Shown here in pieces: positions 12,508 through 24,647 of a DNA stretch of 64,000 nt. The notes under the pieces were generated by a model that saw only the letters and a program-made list of their open reading frames with translations, was not told where the DNA came from and did not search any database. The stretch is from an uncultured Trueperaceae bacterium. Lineage in GTDB: Bacteria > Deinococcota > Deinococci > Deinococcales > Trueperaceae. Both the position numbers and the translations under genes were made by a program. The DNA lies in contig CAWCXJ010000006.1 in NCBI GenBank assembly GCA_963799485.1, positions 448,001 through 512,000 of the forward strand, in the 5' to 3' direction. Numbering within the stretch: the stretch's first letter is position 1; each line of letters starts with the position of its first letter.

Positions 12508-13785
12508 GTGAATAGAGTTTTAACTGCCCTCTTCGCCGCTTTGGTCGGCCTGACCCCGGTTTCTTTCGCTGCCGCCGGACTGGTCGACGCAACTCAGCTG
12601 ATGATTACGGACGCCAGCCAAAGTGCGGTCGTAGGGTACGGTACGGTCTCAAACGGTGAGATGACTTTGGAGCTTTCCGGCGCGCCCGGAACGAGAATCA
12701 AGATGGTTTTCGTCACGCCTCAGGGCGAGGTCATTCCGCTGTGGGGGACGGTACAAAACGACGGGTCGGTCAAGGTCGATGACGGTGAGCGTGAGATCGA
12801 GTTGGCGGTCTGGCTCGAGTCGCGTAACGTCGTGCTGGCTCAAAGTCTTGCCAACGAACTTGTTCCTGAAACAAACGACGACGCGCAGCTCGAGCGTGTT
12901 CCGGAAGCCGAGCTGCCGCTAGCAACCCCGCAGACGCCCGACATCGGGGGTGAATCGGGGGTCGAAAGTGCACTGCCACAGCCCGCCACAGAACCACCAC
13001 CCGCGCCGCAACCCGCCACGAACGACGCGACCGGCACTACCCCCACACCGGACGCCGCCCTGCCTACCACGGGCGAGGTTACGCCGACTGAACCTGCTGC
13101 GGGCGAGCCGCCTCCCGACAGCGCCGCAGCTGCCGACCCGGGGGCGAACGACGGTACCGCTGCTGACGCGCCGGCAGACCCAAACGCAACCGACCCCGGC
13201 GCAAACGCAACCGACCCCGAAGCGACACCCGAAACAGCGCCGGATGCAACTCCCGCCGTGCCGGACGACGGCGCGCAAGCCGCGCCCCAAGACGGTGGTT
13301 CCCAGGACGGTGGTTCCCAGGACAGCGGTTCCCAGGGCGGCGGTTCGCAAGCTGACGGAAGCGCCGACAGTAGTGGGAACACGGGCGAAACGCCGTCTCC
13401 AGCTCCCGAAGAGGACGCCGGAAGCGCTGCTGGTGGAACCGGAGGCGAGGGCGGTAGTTCGGCTCCGGCTGAACCCGACCCCGGTGAACCGGAGTCGCCG
13501 GGTAACGAAGGTGGCTCGGGTACTGCAAATAGTAGCGACGATGCCAACGCGTCTCCTGCCGACGACAGTGCGGCGGGGGACGCGGATTCGCAGGGGTCGG
13601 CACCCGACGCGTCGGCGGATAACGGTGCTGACAGTAGTGCTGACGGTGGTAGTGCTGAAGACGCGAGCGGTACGGCGGATGAGGACACTGCAAACGCGGA
13701 CACTGCAAACGCGGACGCTACGGATGAAGGAGCCGCGAGCACTACCGGTGGTGCGCCCGAACCTGTGCCTGAAAACAGTCCTTAG
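12508..13785 (+). CDS. Secreted protein with small N-terminal domain and long acidic low-complexity (A/D/G/P/S/T) tail
   Basis: Signal peptide; repeats QDGGS x4, NATDP x2, DTANA x2. Confidence 0.75.
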   Translation: MNRVLTALFAALVGLTPVSFAAAGLVDATQLMITDASQSAVVGYGTVSNGEMTLELSGAPGTRIKMVFVTPQGEVIPLWGTVQNDGSVKVDDGEREIELAVWLESRNVVLAQSLANELVPETNDDAQLERVPEAELPLATPQTPDIGGESGVESALPQPATEPPPAPQPATNDATGTTPTPDAALPTTGEVTPTEPAAGEPPPDSAAAADPGANDGTAADAPADPNATDPGANATDPEATPETAPDATPAVPDDGAQAAPQDGGSQDGGSQDSGSQGGGSQADGSADSSGNTGETPSPAPEEDAGSAAGGTGGEGGSSAPAEPDPGEPESPGNEGGSGTANSSDDANASPADDSAAGDADSQGSAPDASADNGADSSADGGSAEDASGTADEDTANADTANADATDEGAASTTGGAPEPVPENSP

Positions 13786-13791
13786 GGGGCG

Positions 13792-14277
13792 GTGGTGCGT
13801 AGGAAGCTACAAACCGTTTTAGTTTGCGGGGTCGTCGGCGGCCTCGCGCTGCCGTTTTGCGCCGTCGCAGCGTCCCCGGCTGTTCGGGGAGTGCCGCCTC
13901 GAGCCGTTCCTGCTACCGGGCGCACCGAAAATCAGCGTCTGGTCAGGTTTTTCTTTTCCGACGGAGCGTGGGGCGGGGTGCCCTTTTCCGAGGCCCAAAA
14001 GCAGCGCGTGCTCGTAAAAGCGATGATGAGCGGTGAACCGGCCCGAATCGAAGATGAAGTGACGCATCTGCTCAGCGCACCCGAGGTCAGGGTACGCCGT
14101 TTTGCTGCAGTGTTCGAGGTCGATGGGAGCGTCCGACCCCCCAAGCTGCATTCGGGCTACGAACTCGAGCTGCTCGTCCCGCGCAGCCGCAAACCCCTCT
14201 TGGTCGAACTCGAGAACGCCGCAACCGGCGTCGTCAACCGTATCGAGGTCGAACCGGAAGCGGACGGTTCGTTATAG
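13792..14277 (+). CDS. Hypothetical exported protein
   Basis: N-terminal signal-like segment; tightly linked to neighbours. Confidence 0.55.
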   Translation: MVRRKLQTVLVCGVVGGLALPFCAVAASPAVRGVPPRAVPATGRTENQRLVRFFFSDGAWGGVPFSEAQKQRVLVKAMMSGEPARIEDEVTHLLSAPEVRVRRFAAVFEVDGSVRPPKLHSGYELELLVPRSRKPLLVELENAATGVVNRIEVEPEADGSL

Positions 14278-14295
14278 TGAGTTTATGGAACGCTT

Positions 14296-14958
14296 GTGCA
14301 TAAGATTTTAGTGGTCGAAGACGATTTGCGCTTAGCAACACTGCTCAAACAAGAGCTGGCCCAAGAAGGCTACGAGGTCGAGGCGGTTCATAACGGTACC
14401 GACGCCCTGCTCCGGGCCGACGCCCACGTGTTCGACTTGGTTATCCTAGACCTCAACCTGCCCGACATCGACGGCCTCGAGGTCGCTACGCGGCTCCGGC
14501 GCGACTCGGAGGTGAGCATCTTGATGCTGACCGCGCGCGGCGACGTCAGCAGCCGCGTCGAGGGGCTTTACGCCGGGGCGAGCGACTACCTGACCAAACC
14601 CTTTAGCGTGCAGGAACTCCGGGCGCGGGTTCACGTGCGCCTCCGTGAAAAGGGCCAGCCGGCGGAAGTGTTGGCCTACGGCGAGCTGGTTCTCGAGCCC
14701 GCAGCGGGTCACTGCACGGTTGCCGGGCAGGGGCTCCCCTTGACGTCGCTCGAGTTCAGGTTGCTCGAGCTTTTCTTAACGCATAAAGGCCGGATATTTT
14801 CCAAGGAAGACTTAGAAGACCGGCTTTACGGCGCGGACAAACTGCCGGGGTCGAACACCGTCGAGGTATTTGTGTCCAATTTACGCCGTAAACTTGCCGC
14901 TGCCGGCGTTCAGGGGATGATTCAGACGGTGCGCGGCATGGGCTACGTGGTGCGCTAG
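14296..14958 (+). CDS. OmpR-family response regulator
   Basis: ILVVEDD, DLNLP, LTA, KPF, wHTH ending IQTVRGMGY. Confidence 0.95.
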   Translation: MHKILVVEDDLRLATLLKQELAQEGYEVEAVHNGTDALLRADAHVFDLVILDLNLPDIDGLEVATRLRRDSEVSILMLTARGDVSSRVEGLYAGASDYLTKPFSVQELRARVHVRLREKGQPAEVLAYGELVLEPAAGHCTVAGQGLPLTSLEFRLLELFLTHKGRIFSKEDLEDRLYGADKLPGSNTVEVFVSNLRRKLAAAGVQGMIQTVRGMGYVVR

Positions 14959-15116
14959 AGAAAAAGCCGGAATCAAGCGGTTGCTCGAGTCTGGAAACGT
15001 ATGAACAGCTACAAGCTCAACCCGACCTGGTTTCACTGCCCATTCCGGACGTACCTGCACGCCGGCTCGAGCTTCAGGCTCATCTGCACGCTACGCATAA
15101 CCAGTAGATTAACCTG

Positions 15117-16451
15117 ATGACCCTTCGCGCCCGCCTCAGCTTACTCGTGACGTTTGCGCTGCTCGCGGGGCTCGTCCTTTTCGGAACGCTCGCCTACGCT
15201 TCGTTTTGGCGGCAACAACGCGTTCAGCTCGACGAGCTTCTCCTGCGCGACCTCGCGCGGGTGCAGACGCTCGTGCAGGCGGGGCCGCAGGCGATCGGCG
15301 CAGAGCTGACTTCCTCGAGCGGCGACTTCATATTGCAGTTCGTCTCTTCTTCGGAGGTGGTCGCTATCGGGCAGGGGCGCGCCCTACCGGAGAGCACCCG
15401 TCCGCAACTTACAAAACGGGATACGCGGACGCTGCTCTCCGCCTCGAAACCCTGGCTGGTACCGAATCCGGGTGAGCCCGGCGGTTTTAACGAGGTCGGC
15501 ACCTTACGCTTAGCGCTCGACGTAACCGCCGATTTGCGCGAACGGCAGACGCTTCTGCGGAGTTTATTCGTCAGCGGCGGGGTTATCGCGCTCGCGGTCA
15601 CGGTCGTCAACCTTGTTTTGCTGCAGCGGGCGCTCGCGCCGCTGGGCCGGCTTGCGGCGCAGGCGCGGCAGGTCAACCCGGCGTCGCCCGCAGTTATCCG
15701 CTATAAAGGCCCGCACGACGAGGTGGCCTACGTCGCGCAGGCGCTCAACCGGGCGCTCCGGGGTATTCGCAAACGGCAGCAGGCGGAGCGGGCGTCACTC
15801 GCGGAGATTGCCCACGAGTTGGCTGCGCCGCTGACGCTCGTGGCCGGGCACCTCGAGTCGTTGCGCGCGCTCCATCCGGGAGACGTGCGGCTCGGCGCGG
15901 CGCAGGGAGCTGCCAACGAACTGCTCTACACTTCTAAAGACCTCCTGACGCTGGCGCGCGGCGAACTCGAGCGTCCCCTAGACCTCGAGGTGTTAGACCT
16001 TGCAGGGATCGCCGAACGTATCGCGCATGAGTATCCGGGCGTGCAGATTGGAACCTTGGAACACGCCGAGATTGCCGGGAGCCCCGAACGGCTTTCGCAA
16101 CTCGTCCGCAACCTCGTCCGCAACGCGGTGCAAGCGGCGGGTGCGGGGCAGGTCTCGCTGGCGGTGTCGCTGAGCGGCGCGGAGGTGCGCCTGAGCGTCT
16201 CCGACCGGGGGCCGGGGGTTCCACCCGAAGAGTTGAAGCACCTTTTCGAGCGCTTTTATACGCGCCGTAAACAGGGTGGTACCGGCCTGGGGCTAAGCGT
16301 CGCGCAGCAGATCGCCCGGCAGCACGGCGGGCAGATTTCAGTCGCGTCTATCGTTGGGGAAGGTACCCGTTTTACGGTCAGCTTGCCGAGTCTGGGCGCG
16401 CAACTCGGGGACGAGGACGAGGTGGCAGGCACCGACGTGACGACGGTTTAG
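15117..16451 (+). CDS. Sensor histidine kinase (HAMP-HisKA-HATPase)
   Basis: Two TM segments; AHEL, NLVRNA, D.GPG, GTGLGL boxes. Confidence 0.93.
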   Translation: MTLRARLSLLVTFALLAGLVLFGTLAYASFWRQQRVQLDELLLRDLARVQTLVQAGPQAIGAELTSSSGDFILQFVSSSEVVAIGQGRALPESTRPQLTKRDTRTLLSASKPWLVPNPGEPGGFNEVGTLRLALDVTADLRERQTLLRSLFVSGGVIALAVTVVNLVLLQRALAPLGRLAAQARQVNPASPAVIRYKGPHDEVAYVAQALNRALRGIRKRQQAERASLAEIAHELAAPLTLVAGHLESLRALHPGDVRLGAAQGAANELLYTSKDLLTLARGELERPLDLEVLDLAGIAERIAHEYPGVQIGTLEHAEIAGSPERLSQLVRNLVRNAVQAAGAGQVSLAVSLSGAEVRLSVSDRGPGVPPEELKHLFERFYTRRKQGGTGLGLSVAQQIARQHGGQISVASIVGEGTRFTVSLPSLGAQLGDEDEVAGTDVTTV

Positions 16452-16567
16452 GTGGGGTCGATGGTTGCTTGGACAGCTTCAAGCTCCGCCTAGCCGTTTT
16501 TACTTCTCAACCTCTATCTTCTGCTCTTTTACGCCTACTGCAACAAAACCAGCTGTGATGACTCCGG

Positions 16568-17552
16568 TCAAGCCTCGAGCAGCTCCGAAAGCCGGGACAA
16601 ACAGCGGTAGTGCTTTTTGGCGTAGGCCGAACCCCGGTAGCTCGGACTAAAGAGGTCTCCCAGCGCAACGCTGCCCGAGAGCCGCAACCCTTTGTTCAGG
16701 TCGTAGAGCTTGTCGATAAAATGCACAAAACGCAGCGCGTCGTTCTGGTTTTGAAGTGTTTCTGCGCCTGCTACATAAAGCGTGCCGAACTGGGCGATAA
16801 GCCCGCCGTAACGCACCGGGTGAACGTCGCCCAAGAGCCTCCAGTAACGCCGCCCAGGTCAGCATTTCTTTGGGTTCTGCGGCCTGTTCGCAGTTGAAAC
16901 GACGCTCGAGTTCCCCGTCACTTAAAAGTTCTGCGAGCCGCTCACGGTGGCGGTAGTCCGGGCCTTGGAGCGAAACAACGGTAAACCGCTCGGCGACGCT
17001 CTGAATCTCGCGCTTGAAATCGTCGGCGTTAAACCGCCCCTGCCCCTGCGCCTCGGGCGGCGTGTTCGAGGTCGTCATCACCGACCCGCCCTGGGCGAAC
17101 ACATGCGCTAAAAAACTCTTCACAATCAGCGTGTTACCGGGGTCGTCGAGTTCAAACTCGTCGATGCAAAAAAGCTGCGTGTCGCCCAGTTCGCGCTTTG
17201 CTGCCATAACACCCTGTACGCCGACGACGTACACGAGGTCCTGAAACGACAGATACGCTTTTTTCTGCACGCCACACGCGTGAAACGCCGCCGCCAGCAG
17301 GTGCGTTTTGCCGACGCCGAACCCGCCGTCGAGGTAAAGGCCGCGCCCTTGGGGGTTTTCGCGTTTGACCCAGGGCCAACTACGCGGGCTTTTGGCAGGT
17401 TGGGCAACTTCGCGGGCAAACGCCTGCACCTTTTCCAAAGCAACCTCTTGACTTGGATGTTGCGGTTTGTAGGAGCCGAAATCGGTTTTGCCGAAGCGCG
17501 GTGGCGGCGTAAAAGCGGGGAGGCTGGTTTTGGGGGGTGGGCGCAGCGGCAT
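16568..17552 (-). CDS. zapE: ZapE/AFG1-family ATPase, frameshifted near 16830
   Basis: GGFGVGKT, IDEFELDDPG, TSN; C-terminus (ALRFVHFIDKLYD...KHYRCLSRL) lies in another frame. Confidence 0.85.
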
Positions 17553-17919
17553 CGGCCCGTAAGTTTAACATCCGGTTTGGACGCTTCTCGTCCAGTACTC
17601 CAAAATCAGCGCGCAGACCGATGCGGTAAACGTACCGGTCGTTGCGCGCCGTCCTGCTTTACTGCCTGTACTTACTTGCCTGTACTCCAGCGCATCCGGA
17701 CTCGAGCAGAATACCGCGAGCAGACGTTTTTCGGGCCTCCCTTTAGTCTCGAGACCCAACCTCGGCGCAGACTTACGACTCGAGGTTTATGACTCGGGCG
17801 CAGTCGCCGCTGCCGGCGGCGTAACCCCCTTGCCTGCGGCGGAGCTGCACCGTAAAGAGAAAGCGCAATACCCGGTGCGAGGCGTTTAACGCCCTTGCCG
17901 CAGCGCTCATAAACTTTAG

Positions 17920-19296
<1,377 letters not shown>

Positions 19297-19437
19297 AATA
19301 TGGTTTTATTTTGTGGCATCTTATAGCAACGGTAAAAAGCTCAGAGACCGCATAGCCTCTTTGAATATCGAACAGTGGATGAACCTGCTGAACTGCACTA
19401 ACAGATAAGAACCGTTCCTCTGAGTTAGACTAAAGCT

Positions 19438-19656
19438 ATGAACGTTATCTCTGTCATCATCGGGGTCGTTGCCCTCATCATCGCTCTGGTCGGCTTTATC
19501 CCACTTTTGGGCTGGCTCAACTGGCTCGCTATTCCCATCGCGGTCGTCGGTCTTATCGTCGGCATGTTCGACACGCGTACCAGCGGGCGGAACTTTAACG
19601 CCGTGGTACTCGTTCTTAGTATCGTTCGGCTCTTTTTGGGCGGCGGTATCCTCTAG
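19438..19656 (+). CDS. Small membrane protein
   Basis: 72 aa hydrophobic ORF; TAGACT 6 nt before ATG. Confidence 0.75.
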   Translation: MNVISVIIGVVALIIALVGFIPLLGWLNWLAIPIAVVGLIVGMFDTRTSGRNFNAVVLVLSIVRLFLGGGIL

Positions 19657-20435
19657 CTCGCCTCGCTCAGCTCGCGCGCCCGGACGCTCGCATCTTCGAC
19701 GGCCTGCATCGTCGCGTAGCGGAGGCTGTGTTTTTCTAGGGCCATTACCCCCGTGATGGCGGTGCCGCCCGCGCTCGCTACCTCGTCTTTGAGGCTGCCG
19801 GGGGTGCGGGTCTCGAGCAACACCGCACTCGCCACTAAAACCTGCTGGGCAAGGGCTTGGGCAACGTCCCGGCTGAGGCCGACGCGCACGCCGCCGTCCG
19901 CTAGCGCCTCGGCAAAAAGTGCCGCAAACGCCGGCCCCGACCCGGCGAGGCCGGTAAATGCGTCGAACAGCCTTTCGGGAACTTCGTAGACGGTACCGAC
20001 AGCGGCGAAAAGTTTGTGAGCGGTCTCCAAATCGTCCGGTGTGGCTTGCGGCAACGCGGCGACCGCTGTCGCGGAGAGCCCAACCCTTGCGCCTAGGTTC
20101 GGCATCGCCCGCACGACCCGGTTACTCCCGACCCGCCGCGCGATGACCTCCGCCGAAACGCCTGCCATGAGCGAAATATAAGCCGCCGAACGCCGCGCAA
20201 TCAGTGGCGCGACCTCGGCAAACGACTGGGGTTTGACTGCGATCAGGATACGTTCCGCCCCGTGAACGCCGTCGTCTGACAAGGGTGTCACACCGAACGT
20301 CTCGGCAAGCGTGTTGCGCCGCGTTTCGTCCGGGTGATAAATCCCGATCTCGGAGGCGTCTAAAATGCCTGCTTGAAGCGCGCCGGTCAAGACTGCGCCG
20401 CCCATTTTGCCTGCGCCGACGAGGGCGAGTTTCAT
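19653..20435 (-). CDS. proC: Pyrroline-5-carboxylate reductase
   Basis: GAGKMG, AVKPQ, RAMPN, GSGPA, SAGGTAI. Confidence 0.95.
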   Translation of the reverse strand: MKLALVGAGKMGGAVLTGALQAGILDASEIGIYHPDETRRNTLAETFGVTPLSDDGVHGAERILIAVKPQSFAEVAPLIARRSAAYISLMAGVSAEVIARRVGSNRVVRAMPNLGARVGLSATAVAALPQATPDDLETAHKLFAAVGTVYEVPERLFDAFTGLAGSGPAFAALFAEALADGGVRVGLSRDVAQALAQQVLVASAVLLETRTPGSLKDEVASAGGTAITGVMALEKHSLRYATMQAVEDASVRARELSEAS

Positions 20436-20491
20436 GCTTTTACCTGGTCCGTTACTCGGTGGGATGCTTGCATCTGCCCAGTCTAGCTTGT

Positions 20492-20839
20492 CTAGGGCTT
20501 ACGGCGTTCTCGTAACCGAAAAAATAGGAAGAGCAAGAGAACGGAAACGGCAGCCCCGGCGGTATCGGCAAGCCAGTCTGCAGCGTCGGCGCTCCGCCCC
20601 GGCACGTAAGACTGGTGGACCTCATCCGAGACACCGTAAACCGACGCCAGCACGACAGCCAGCCAAGCGCGGCCTGTTGCCAGATAAAGGAACCCTGCCA
20701 GCACGCCGAAATTGCCGGCATGATAGAACTTGTCCCACGGCGGCGAGAGGTTGATAAAACCGCCGACCCCCTGCGCGTCGGGCGATGAGGAGAGCCAAAA
20801 GGTCAGTCCGGCCCAGAGCAGCGCTGCGAAGCCGGACAA
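20492..20839 (-). CDS. VanZ-family membrane protein
   Basis: DKFYH...FG.L; DEVHQSYVPGRSAD..D..AD. Confidence 0.85.
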   Translation of the reverse strand: MSGFAALLWAGLTFWLSSSPDAQGVGGFINLSPPWDKFYHAGNFGVLAGFLYLATGRAWLAVVLASVYGVSDEVHQSYVPGRSADAADWLADTAGAAVSVLLLFLFFRLRERRKP

Positions 20840-20855
20840 AAGTCTGGCGGACGGT

Positions 20856-21293
20856 TTAAGGGCGCGGATATTCGACCAGCTCCACGAGTACGCCGCCCGT
20901 CCACTTGGGGTGTAAAAAGATGACTCTGGTGTTGTGCCGTCCGGGGCGCGGTTCGTTGCCGGTAAACTGTGCGCCCGCAGCGGATAAACGGGCGATGTCG
21001 GCCTCTAAACTGGAGGTACGAAACGCCGCGTGGTGCATTCCGGGGCCGCGTTTTTCCAGAAATGCTTGGAGTGGGCTTTCGGAAGTGAGGGGCTCGAGTA
21101 GTTCTACTGCACTCTCCCCGCCGCGCAGCAGCCTCACCCTGACGCCTTCGCCTACGACTTCTTCGTCGCCGCCGTCACGCACAAGTCCTAAAAGTTCATA
21201 AGTCTGGGAGGCGGTCTCGAGGTCTTTTACGGCGATACCCAAGTGGTCGAGCGGCAAGCCTAAACGAACGGCGCTCTGCACGTCACGCTGCAC
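20856..21293 (-). CDS. mce: Methylmalonyl-CoA epimerase (VOC family)
   Basis: LDHLGIAV, VELLEP, RGPGMHH.AF, FLHPK.TGGVLVEL. Confidence 0.88.
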   Translation of the reverse strand: MQRDVQSAVRLGLPLDHLGIAVKDLETASQTYELLGLVRDGGDEEVVGEGVRVRLLRGGESAVELLEPLTSESPLQAFLEKRGPGMHHAAFRTSSLEADIARLSAAGAQFTGNEPRPGRHNTRVIFLHPKWTGGVLVELVEYPRP

Positions 21294-21612
21294 TTGCCGG
21301 TTTCGGAGCCATCAGCACGAGCAGCACCAACTCCGAGTCCGAATCGTTGCGGACGCCGTGCGGCACACCGGCGCGGGCAATCACGGCGCTGCCCTCGGCG
21401 AGCAGCTCTTGCTCACCGCCGACCTCGAAAAGCGCTTCGCCTTCTAAGACGACGTAGACCTTGTCTTCGGCGGTATGCGTGTGAACACGTTGCGCCTGCC
21501 CCGGCGCGAGACAGTACTGGTCGCAGAGAAACTTTTCGGACGCGAACACCGGGACTTTTTGCAGTTTATCCGCCGCAAACGACCGCTGACCGAACAGGTC
21601 TACATATTCCAT
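21283..21612 (-). CDS. Cupin-domain protein
   Basis: H.H...DKVYVVLEG ... PHGV.N. Confidence 0.85.
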   Translation of the reverse strand: MEYVDLFGQRSFAADKLQKVPVFASEKFLCDQYCLAPGQAQRVHTHTAEDKVYVVLEGEALFEVGGEQELLAEGSAVIARAGVPHGVRNDSDSELVLLVLMAPKPASAA

Positions 21613-21689
21613 AACTCAGCATACCCCTTTGAGGCCGCGTGCTTCACTTCTTTTTCTCATCGACAACCGCCGTAGGCAAACCCGGCAGC

Positions 21690-22478
21690 CTACGCTTTAA
21701 GGACAACCACCGACCCGACCGTTTTACCGCGAAAAACCGGCAGCGCCACCTGCACCTTCGCTTCACGGCACCCGAGCTGCGGAAGCCCGCTCCTCACCGT
21801 TTTCGCCGCGAGGTCGGTGCGGAGTTCGTCGGCTGCCTCCGCGTCTAGGTTGAGGCTCGAGTCCCGTTTCAGCGTGTGCCCGCTCACCTTCCAAATCTCA
21901 AATATCCGTGCCAGCGGCGACTCCCCCGAACTGAGGAGCAGCACCGCGCAACTTGCCGCCTGATGTTTGAACACCGGAATCCCGAGCCCGATAGAAAATC
22001 CGGCGGCGGCGGCTGCTTGCGAGCGCACAAATCCGCGTGCGTGCGAGAGTGTTTCCAACAAGACGGGTTCGCGGGCGTCGAAGGTGACACCGGGCAGCCC
22101 TTCCAAAACGCTGAACGAAGTGTGCCGACTAAGCTGCTCGAAAGATACCTGAGGGGTCGCTTGCGGGCCGTAGTAGGCGGCGCCGAGTTTTAGCACGCCG
22201 CTTACGTCGGGCCGCCAGACCTCGAGCGCTGCCGCAAACCCGCTATCGACCCGCCAGATCAGCGTTACACACGCCCGTAAACCCCCTGCATCCAAAATCG
22301 GCAAGACCAGACCGACGCCGTTTGCGCCCTGCTCCGGAAGCTCCAGGTGAAAAATGTGTGGTTGCTGTGAACTTAAACAGGCTGCCAGCGTCGGCTCCGG
22401 CGTCAGCGTACCCGCCAAAGTGAGTGGGGCGCTCACCCGGTTTCCCGAAGGTGTAAAAATTTCTGCGGTATAGAACAC
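21690..22478 (-). CDS. GAF-domain protein
   Basis: GEGLPG-like (LEGLPG), GLGIP, repeated EVW/EIW GAF-like segments. Confidence 0.65.
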   Translation of the reverse strand: MFYTAEIFTPSGNRVSAPLTLAGTLTPEPTLAACLSSQQPHIFHLELPEQGANGVGLVLPILDAGGLRACVTLIWRVDSGFAAALEVWRPDVSGVLKLGAAYYGPQATPQVSFEQLSRHTSFSVLEGLPGVTFDAREPVLLETLSHARGFVRSQAAAAAGFSIGLGIPVFKHQAASCAVLLLSSGESPLARIFEIWKVSGHTLKRDSSLNLDAEAADELRTDLAAKTVRSGLPQLGCREAKVQVALPVFRGKTVGSVVVLKA

Positions 22479-22865
22479 TTAAGAGGGTACCTCACGTTAA
22501 AAATGGATAGAAAAGGCGCAGACCGTTCCGTGAGACTCGAGCACAAGGCAAGTTACCGCCTTACATGCTGCGTCCAGCATAGCTGTTAAACGAGCTGCCG
22601 GCAAGTTCTACCGTAAAACCTGCCACAAAACTTGACGTAACGTAAAACCTGCCGTTTGCCTCGACTATGTTCGCCACATTACTTGATAGCTTTGGTCAAC
22701 TACTATAGACTAACCGGGTGTTAGCGGTGCGCCTCGAGTCGATTAGCTTTTTTGCAGTCTTTTCTGCGACCGACCGTGGAAGTGCCGAGCTGAAGTTCGG
22801 CGCTGGTTGCCGCTCGAGCTTTTCTTGCCCTAGTTTGTAATAGTACCCACTTTAGGAGGCGCGCC

Positions 22866-24647
22866 GTGGCGAGCCCTGCCAGACCAGCCCGTAAACCCAA
22901 GTTGTCCGTCGAAGAGATCAAAGAACGCTCGAACTACCTTTCCGAAGGGGTCGCCGAGCAGGTTTTCGACCCGGAGACCGACCATGTAGACGACGCGACC
23001 TATCAGCTGCTCAAGTTCTCCGGCATGTACCAGCAAGACGACCGCGACCTCCGCAAAGTGCGGCGTCAGGAGGGGAAAGACAAGGCGTACTCGTTTATGC
23101 TCCGTTCACGCGCCCCCGCCGGACGGCTCTCGGCGGCGCAGTATCTGGTTCACGACCGCCTTGCCGATGAGGTCGGCAACGGTACGCTGCGCCTGACGAC
23201 GCGTCAAGGTATTCAGCTTCACGGCATCGTCAAGGGCGACATCCAAAAGACGATTCAGGCTTTGCACAGCGAACTCGTTACCTCGCTCGCGGCGTGCGGC
23301 GACGTCAACCGCAACGTGATGGCCTGCCCCGCGCCCGACGCGTCGCGCCGCCACGCGCTTCTAGAAGAGATCGCGGGCGAGCTCGACGCCCGCCTCTTGC
23401 CTAAAAGCGAAGCTTACTACCAGCTCTGGTTGGACGGCGAACGGCTGCCCTCGCCCGCAGCAGCGACCCCCGACTCAGTTGATGCTAAACCTGTCGCCAA
23501 AGCCGACGACACCGAACCCATTTACGGGCGCACCTACTTGCCGCGCAAGTTCAAAATCGGGCTCGCGTATCCCGAAGACAACTGCGTGGACGTTTTCACC
23601 CAGGACGTCGGTATCGTCCCGGTGATGGACGGCGAGACGCTCCGGGGCTTCAACCTGATGATCGGCGGCGGCCTCGGGATGAGCCACACCGACCCCGACA
23701 CGCGGCCCTTTTTGGCCCAACACCTGGGTTTCGTGACCCGCGAGCAGCTCGCGCGCACGGTCGAGGGCATCGTGACGGTGCAGCGCGACTTCGGCAACCG
23801 TGAGGAGCGCAAATTTGCCCGGATGAAGTGGCTCGTCGAAACGCGCGGGATTCCCTGGTTTCGGGCTGAACTGGAAAACCGTCTCGGTTTCAAGCTGGGT
23901 GACTGGGTACCTGTCGGACGCTTTACCCTGGACGACCATCTGGGCTGGCACGCCCAGGGCGACGGCAGGTTTTATTTCGGTATCTACATCGAAAACGGTC
24001 GCATCAAAGATGAGGGCGACGGTGAAAACGGTTTGCGCCTCCGCACTGCCCTGCGCGAACTTCTAACGCGCTACCCGCATGAAATCCGCATCACCGCGCA
24101 GCACAACATCTTGTTGACCAACCTCAGCGCCGACGACGAAGCGCCGCTACGCGAGCTTTTACGCGACCACGGCGTCAAGACCAAGGAGGAGATTTCGCAG
24201 GCGCGGCGGTTTGCGATGGCCTGCCCGGCGCTGCCGACCTGTGGGCTGGCTTTGGCCGAGTCCGAACGGATGCTTCCGGGTCTACTTGATGTACTCGAGG
24301 CTGAACTCGCCGAACTCGGTTTGGCAGATGAAGAGATTTCTATTCGCATGACCGGCTGCCCGAACGGGTGCGCCCGCCCGTACACCGCCGAACTCGCCTT
24401 TGTAGGCCGCTCGCTCGACAAATACAACGTTTACGTCGGCGGGTCTTTCGAGGGCACCCGGCTGGTGCAAGAATACGCCGCGATGGTTTCGGGCGGCGAT
24501 CTGGTGAAGACGGTGAAACCGCTGCTGAGCTACTGGCGCGAAGCGCGGCAAACGGGTGAACGTTTCGGTGACTTTTGCCACCGCGTCGGTTTGGCAGGGC
24601 TCCGCGAACACGCTGAGACTTACGCCGAGGGCGCGGTCGCCGCGTGA
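22866..24647 (+). CDS. cysI: Assimilatory sulfite reductase hemoprotein (CysI/Sir)
   Basis: LTTRQ.IQ.H, CGD.NRN, LPRKFK, CPALPTC and TGCPNGC siroheme/4Fe-4S ligands. Confidence 0.93.
   Translation: MASPARPARKPKLSVEEIKERSNYLSEGVAEQVFDPETDHVDDATYQLLKFSGMYQQDDRDLRKVRRQEGKDKAYSFMLRSRAPAGRLSAAQYLVHDRLADEVGNGTLRLTTRQGIQLHGIVKGDIQKTIQALHSELVTSLAACGDVNRNVMACPAPDASRRHALLEEIAGELDARLLPKSEAYYQLWLDGERLPSPAAATPDSVDAKPVAKADDTEPIYGRTYLPRKFKIGLAYPEDNCVDVFTQDVGIVPVMDGETLRGFNLMIGGGLGMSHTDPDTRPFLAQHLGFVTREQLARTVEGIVTVQRDFGNREERKFARMKWLVETRGIPWFRAELENRLGFKLGDWVPVGRFTLDDHLGWHAQGDGRFYFGIYIENGRIKDEGDGENGLRLRTALRELLTRYPHEIRITAQHNILLTNLSADDEAPLRELLRDHGVKTKEEISQARRFAMACPALPTCGLALAESERMLPGLLDVLEAELAELGLADEEISIRMTGCPNGCARPYTAELAFVGRSLDKYNVYVGGSFEGTRLVQEYAAMVSGGDLVKTVKPLLSYWREARQTGERFGDFCHRVGLAGLREHAETYAEGAVAA

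Noticed and set aside
12840..13822. Long overlapping ORFs (300, 290, 209 aa) in other frames
   Set aside because: Shadows of the low-complexity GC-rich gene 12508-13785; no starts or motifs.
22680..22860. SAM riboswitch upstream of cysI
   Set aside because: SAM-I core motifs are absent; only a weak TTGA-N9-TCAA inverted repeat.
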